Assembly (NCBI GenBank): GCA_023898365.1
Contig: CP060219.1
Span: forward strand, 334,688 to 398,687
Source: Candidatus Woesearchaeota archaeon
Lineage (GTDB): Archaea; Nanobdellota; Nanobdellia; Woesearchaeales; GCA-023898365
Length of the DNA: 64,000 bases
Direction: 5' to 3'
The position numbers and the translations under genes were made by a program. The first letter of the stretch is position 1. The number at the start of each line of letters is the position of its first letter. Under the pieces are notes generated by a model. That model was not told the DNA's origin, searched no databases, and saw nothing but the letters and a program-made list of their open reading frames with translations. Shown here piece by piece: positions 61,501 to 64,000 of this stretch.

Positions 61501-64000
61501 TGATCCGCTGATTTCTTCAAAATGACTGTTGGCAACATATTGCAAGTCAAAGGCATAACCAAAATCAGCAAACGAACAATTTCCTGCAGTAATATTATCA
61601 AGATACACGCTGCTTGTTCCTTTGATATTCAATCCAGCGAAAATATCTCCAACTCCCCCAAGAGCATTTCCTTGACAGTCAAGCTCCACATCTGATGAGG
61701 TAATATCAATACAGGGTGCGCCACTATTATCATAGCCAGCAACAGGAGAAGTGACCACGTAATGACCAGGTACAGAAATAGATTCGCCGCAGGTAACTGT
61801 TGATTGCAAAATAGTAAGATTCGATGAATTAGCCCACGCGCTCATCGCATCCCCATCATCCAATCGCAAACTACACGTCCAGTTTTCGCCAACTGAGGTG
61901 TACGTGTAAGACAAGTTTGCTAAGAATAGCGAACCACTCGCATAACTATTATTGAAATACGTTGTGTTAACAAGCACCGCATCGTTGTACCAACGCAAGG
62001 TGATATTGAGATCGTCACTGTCTTGATCTGTAATGGTCGCATTACATTGCAACGTTTCATCAGTTTCATTCTGGCGATTTGACGTGTGCACATTAACTGT
62101 TGGAATTTCAGGTGCGATGTTTGAAACAATAACCGAATCGTTTTTCAACGTCCCGTTTTCGTAGCCATCGTAAGGAATGACCGTACACGTCACATTTACT
62201 GCTTCATCACACCCACCGACAGCACCACAATCAAGAGAACCGTTATTTGACGTAGGACCTTGCTGCGTTTCAAAAACATCATCAAAGAACCAGCGATAAT
62301 AATATTGGGCGGCGTCACCTTGACCATCAGACCAGCCTGAAGGAGAACAATTAATTGTAGAATTTGTATACGCAGGATCAGTTACCGTAACTCCTGTAAT
62401 ACTTGGTAAAGAATTCATGATGAAAGCATCGATTGCGGAATAACTTACAGAATACGCCTGACCATCAAAATTACGAAGACGTAATCCATAGGAAACCCCG
62501 TCTGTTAATGTTTGATTGTAACCAATAAGATGGCTTGAAACACCCGTCGTCATGTTTTGCTGTAACCAGGTAATATCATTTGTTTGAGAAATAGTGTAAA
62601 TAGTGTCCCCGTCATCATCTGTGCCAACAGTGAAATTAATAAGGGGAAAATGCTGTAATTGATGCCCATTATCAAGGTTCGAAACCATAACAGGGGCTGG
62701 TGGCGGCGTGTTCGAAATAGTAATTGAAGTGTTTACTTGCGTATTTGCTCTGCTCACGTTTCCCGTGACGTTTACTTTACACCACCACGTATTCGTTCTC
62801 GACGTGTTCCCCGAACCCAAGGTGAAATTATATGTTGAGTTATACGGTGGTGAAGTGAAGATATGCTTGACAAATTTCTGTGTTGAGCCATTAAACCAAT
62901 AAACACTTACATTCATTGCCTCGTTAGCTGTTGAGTTAATGGTAAAATTACACAGCAAATTATTTGCAGTAAAAGCAGGATCGGGAGTAATATCTAAGTA
63001 TTGAATGGTGATGTCAGGTGTTAACGTTAAGATGTAAGGATTAAATCGAAACAATGACTGAGAAATACTTTGATTAGAAAAATTATATCGATAGCCAGGT
63101 TTTGAAGCACCAACAGTAAAATTTCTGTAATCAATATCTATTCCTGCATTATCAATAGTGTAGGGAGTAATCACTCCTTTGTTCGTATACCCGTCAGCAT
63201 TGGTGAGTTTTGAAAGAACAACAGTATCTCCTGAATTATTTACTTCGATGGTAACACCTGAAAGAGGAGTACCCAGAGAATCTTCAATATAGGCAGTAAA
63301 ATATTTTTGAACGTTAACCGTACCCGTTCCAAAAAAATCAGCTAAACCACTTTCATTGAAAGAAGCATTCAATAAATTAATGGTGAATTGGTTATTCCCA
63401 AGAAATATCGAATATCTTTGAGAGGGATGGATACACGAAGAATTGATGACCGTCACCGTCCCCGCATTATTAACCATAAGACAAGATGAGAAAGGGTTCG
63501 CTCCCAATCCCGAAACTTCCAAAAGGGAACGATCAATGGTGACTCCATCTCCGGGTGTAGAAAAGACCTTGACAACATACTGGTCGTTATTTGAAAAGTT
63601 TGTACGATTCACAATAAGACGAGAAACGTTATTAGGCTGAAACTGGCCTAAAAATGAAGAGTCGAGTATGGTTGCATTTGACCATAGTAATTCGAAGCTT
63701 TCTGCGGCTTGAGAAACACTCTCCCAATCAACAAAACGCATTTCAAAATAGGAAGGAGTGTAGAAGTTGACATAAGGCATGAAAGTCATATTAACGGAAG
63801 TAAAATTATTTACCGTTGCATTAACATAAAAATTATCTACAGCGGAACCGCTTTTATTTAACCACGTGTTAGAAATATCAATGGTTGAATCTCCACGAAT
63901 ATCAACAGTGTAATAATTGTTCGTCGCACCCCTCGTCACGACCGTATTATTTGCAGTGACTAGCGTTGTGCCATTATCAACATACAACCCAAATGCGTTG
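52549..64000 (-). CDS. Giant extracellular protein, partial (>3812 aa; the N-terminus lies beyond the window end). It contains two LamG/ConA-like lectin domains, right-handed parallel beta-helix (PbH1) repeats, LVIVD repeats and many Ig/PKD-like sequon-rich modules.
   Basis: LamG: NFDGTNDHLRITDRL...ITFMTWFKT...WHHVALVGETTTQRMYLDG and LYFDGTNNHLEFP...FTVSFWLQT...WHHVVVVRESSTAYVYIDG. Beta-helix: NCVAKEFNYNIYVLSSDYAHIYNSEFYNGTTYGIRFVNSDNVSFENVSS... LVIVD: GTIAYVTSYDDFSLSLIDVSNP, DNIAYVVSLYDDSLTLVNVSNP, GDVAYVTSQIDDSVTLVNVSNP. There is no stop before the window edge. Confidence 0.8.
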   Translation of the reverse strand, partial: NAFGLYVDNGTTLVTANNTVVTRGATNNYYTVDIRGDSTIDISNTWLNKSGSAVDNFYVNATVNNFTSVNMTFMPYVNFYTPSYFEMRFVDWESVSQAAESFELLWSNATILDSSFLGQFQPNNVSRLIVNRTNFSNNDQYVVKVFSTPGDGVTIDRSLLEVSGLGANPFSSCLMVNNAGTVTVINSSCIHPSQRYSIFLGNNQFTINLLNASFNESGLADFFGTGTVNVQKYFTAYIEDSLGTPLSGVTIEVNNSGDTVVLSKLTNADGYTNKGVITPYTIDNAGIDIDYRNFTVGASKPGYRYNFSNQSISQSLFRFNPYILTLTPDITIQYLDITPDPAFTANNLLCNFTINSTANEAMNVSVYWFNGSTQKFVKHIFTSPPYNSTYNFTLGSGNTSRTNTWWCKVNVTGNVSRANTQVNTSITISNTPPPAPVMVSNLDNGHQLQHFPLINFTVGTDDDGDTIYTISQTNDITWLQQNMTTGVSSHLIGYNQTLTDGVSYGLRLRNFDGQAYSVSYSAIDAFIMNSLPSITGVTVTDPAYTNSTINCSPSGWSDGQGDAAQYYYRWFFDDVFETQQGPTSNNGSLDCGAVGGCDEAVNVTCTVIPYDGYENGTLKNDSVIVSNIAPEIPTVNVHTSNRQNETDETLQCNATITDQDSDDLNITLRWYNDAVLVNTTYFNNSYASGSLFLANLSYTYTSVGENWTCSLRLDDGDAMSAWANSSNLTILQSTVTCGESISVPGHYVVTSPVAGYDNSGAPCIDITSSDVELDCQGNALGGVGDIFAGLNIKGTSSVYLDNITAGNCSFADFGYAFDLQYVANSHFEEISGSGSAEGPDYLLDRINDSWFVKANSSGGDDGFWVTNSYRNSFERINVTSSAGSGMYFTANSFNNNLYNSSFTGESIKDLTVYSCSLTLQNVTGEENLPIALYNKTSTISGWNNNVSMLILCNADNSVVANSSLVVTSNINSGLYLYLTDDATISNVSLGGFKYDVELTSSHRNRITNITSQGAATTGYYISSSINNTLSNVSSFSAGSYGLYLASSRGTVVANSTFQDAGTRSIALTSAGLNNPNRLYNNLFNSTTNEFIGGTSYVNYWNTTEGTGNRVFGAGTKIGGNYWATPTGTGYSETCVDGNADGICDTDKTLDGNNVDYAPLAGDVNAAPYTGAVSLTTSGGTNLTSQELHCAATIYDANNDDMNVTVKWFLNDRYNHTAYYWNGYGNNSALVINLSNTLTTFGDNWSCAMRVYDGTNYSAWNASSNLEIVIGHTNLSIYEMQGTPTGPFDPSLSEGAEVDYFYMNASDDRRWKTDLNGTNNTINSQVYVYNLSANIYNASAIDNITLSWEGFGDNYSGYTVNISLWNWTSNAWVQLNYSESGAATEFSLNSPVVSGGSYYVNASTKEVAVLVEGEKVSFLSPLGSTSAGSGPASLDGAFGLYVVGTIAYVTSYDDFSLSLIDVSNPAGMGPRDDYVDNAPPGSVDTSQNVFVKDNIAYVVSLYDDSLTLVNVSNPDAITFLDDHVSSASPYSLDYADAIMVVGDVAYVTSQIDDSVTLVNVSNPSAIVPFENYTTATPPYSVDGANVLYVNGDYVYVVGDNDYVFTVLNASDPSNLVGVGQYLATPTSILTSTEQMVYENNYVYVSVSFSTITDAISIFELSNPANPVFVGNYSKERLPYSVADAEGLAISGNYLFASSYDNDSVTVLDVANPANPVPIFQYVDSAEPYSLDGVGRIFLLSGKLYTVSSIDNAIAVFAVHDNFLQTDVLTLDVREGNSPPPAPSSVSLRTATGNNWSYENLNCSTTISDPNGDALNVTVFWNKDGVFNQVRYYNNSYANGTSFSAALASGNTSVGDNWNCSVRLDDGTGLSGFTNSTNLSVTNAVTCGDTIGGRGDFELKSSVDNYAAGNCLTINAANVSLDCQGNYVDGTGASFGIYVLSSSYNATVNNCVAKEFNYNIYVLSSDYAHIYNSEFYNGTTYGIRFVNSDNVSFENVSSHGNTQYGLSMIAAAYSNFTNVSILRNQISGVAYSSGSRNTFKNSRFLNNTQYDFYITGTATCTGNNLVNVNGTDNKPIVYVNTSRTIQGWNNNLSQLILCNADGASVTDVLMDHTDKENNGISLVETDSATITNVTVRDTYNGLEITSSSSSNEINDSAFVSNANYGITVTSSSKPNDFKNVTSTYNADDGMYVSVGTSSFINVFQSNFSNNGDEGLYLSGLSYGGYYNNTFTNNLGSGMFVSNTDIISIYNNWFANNTNYGLELSSSGGPGMFELITIYNNFFNNTNNVAAGSGYNAWNTSVQTGNRIYGSGVTIGGNFWANSTGGFSQICADDDNDGICDDTYSVAKFDDDYHALSSGYSPHTAPTTPTPEINSTDGTNLTTQDLHCFDTISDYDYSDMNVTVTWHKNGLLNRTDYYNNSYPDDSTVVFNLSSGNLSVGDIWNCSMRLDDGTNQSAWGNSTGLTILNLGPTTPTPWINATSRLNASDEDFHCNATIVDPDDDDLNVTVWWYKGGVFDQVRYYNSSFASGSLIVVNLTKSNITQGDQWICSMRLDDGTSQSSFGNSSALVATSPYPTVTWESTTPSQGEVSYESYAGLNTTTTDALETSAILEFNDDVMAYWSFDYTNSSGAYGNSSNPRFASFAYGLSVSDLVPGKRGTALNFDGTNDHLRITDRLVRNNTEITFMTWFKTSANGVILGYQNTAYPTNPANWVPIIYVGTDGKLRGEYWIGGQNPITTAGTVNDSQWHHVALVGETTTQRMYLDGVYVGTLNGAINHLSMNYNHIGIGFGTSWPNAGAGWFAFNGDLDEVVFHKRALTVEEINASYNNGLYRLHHNFTGLSNADYNFSAIVIDAGGNMTVANRSYTVLIDPLVEIYKNASTATLSVDTIYVNWSAVDGSGLDTVLFNVTYPNGTVIFSSTDATGDINLTPQNLTVTGLYSINLQAIDTDANMMSTSDTFSVLADTTPPVITWLSPTPVDGSSRTLNHATLNTSISDSLDTSAFFDWDGSLVAYYNFEYVNTTGVKDNSSNNNFGRFTDGLSINDVAPAMYGNGLYFDGTNNHLEFPTDSGPLSGTGPFTVSFWLQTNGTGTWQTILQQRDEITTGQYSVLVRATGPIYFYDWSGSYGFQLNSASSVDDGEWHHVVVVRESSTAYVYIDGSLDNSTGGTARNILSARDLAVGYDIRDSNKPFEGMLDELIIWNTNLTAAEISSVYNNTVNRLYRNQSDLSPATYSYSAWAIDGAGNIATSSREVTVDPGATTPDTPLPGINSTDGSNATGQDLHCFAQVNDPNGNDTNVTVRWYLNGVLDRTDYYNNSYANEVAVDTVLGYTNTSVGDNWSCAMRLDDGAEFSGWGYSVNLTVVTVAPTTPSPQLRSENGMNSSNEYLNCSATIYDSDLDNLNVSVRWFKDGVLDQTRYYNNDYPSSQAFYAILTSDNTSVGENWNCSIQLDDGVYQSSWGNSTNLSIVNSDPSVNKPVITPSNPNATQNLTCSFTITDSNPGETLWANVSWFKNDAYYSSANESGQTSGVGDSSILHYAHTSFGESWNCTVTPYDGNAGSGSTNYSDAVSIGNSLPSIPVLDYPDNESTITNRFPTFNWTASTDADGDDINYTVNLTAPSGLGCYGFLLNSSQNINNYTTTTELCTLAQYSSGSFQFQVRACDFYGCSNFSSPHFFNVTNVVSISLVTNETDFSNLNPGVTDDSTDDDPSPMVIRNDGNVRINVSINATQSFFVTEELNTSYFQYKADQDEASSFNTTGSSTSWLNVTNVSTRFIHTLQYNDTKDQAQVDFKITIPTYETPGIKSTLIVFLATADNPP

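Noticed and set aside
1-64000. Search for CRISPR arrays, transposases and integrases
   Set aside because: No regularly spaced direct repeats with unique spacers and no recognisable transposase or tyrosine/serine recombinase motifs were seen. The only repeat families are the tRNA 3'-end duplications, the 9-bp iterons and the intragenic CGGP repeats.

Overview
The window is a gene-dense, low-GC, mostly minus-strand segment that looks archaeal and DPANN-like. Archaeal markers are Pelota, a TrmB-family regulator, a Hel308-type helicase, Trm5, AlaX, a C/D-box sRNA, an RNase P RNA, and palindromic TTTATAAA TATA boxes placed about 25 bp upstream of start codons, which suggests leaderless mRNAs. Recognisable content: (1) an oxidative-stress operon, perR-like Fur regulator -> 2-Cys peroxiredoxin -> superoxide reductase -> Bcp peroxiredoxin; (2) an inactivated MCM-like AAA+ homolog followed by a C/D-box sRNA; (3) housekeeping genes (PRPP synthetase, UDP-glucose dehydrogenase, PEP synthase, ABC transporter, AlaX, uridine kinase-like, Trm5, an ArmA/FmrO-family rRNA methyltransferase homolog); (4) an RNase P RNA in the 19.2-19.65 kb gap; (5) a Hel308 helicase that contains only domains 2-5 and abuts three tRNA genes (Ile, Asn, Thr), where the Ile and Thr genes have their 3' ends tandemly duplicated in att-like fashion; (6) a MoxR-DUF58-vWA(BatA)-DUF212 operon; (7) a >20 kb single-strand super-cluster of secreted or membrane-anchored surface proteins. 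That cluster includes a 1213-aa glycoprotein-like protein, a protein with CGGP Cys-rich repeats, and a >3800-aa protein with LamG, beta-helix and LVIVD repeats. It also contains two unannotated tandem RHH genes preceded by a 5x9-bp iteron array, and a small HTH_10 regulator. The most unusual feature is at the window start: a tightly packed tandem array of at least four large genes on the minus strand. Three are complete (922, ~707 and 686 aa) and one runs off the edge. The three complete members share a ~260-340-aa domain with invariant Cys and His motifs that I cannot assign to any known family, while their N-terminal regions are divergent. No CRISPR array, transposase or integrase was recognised.
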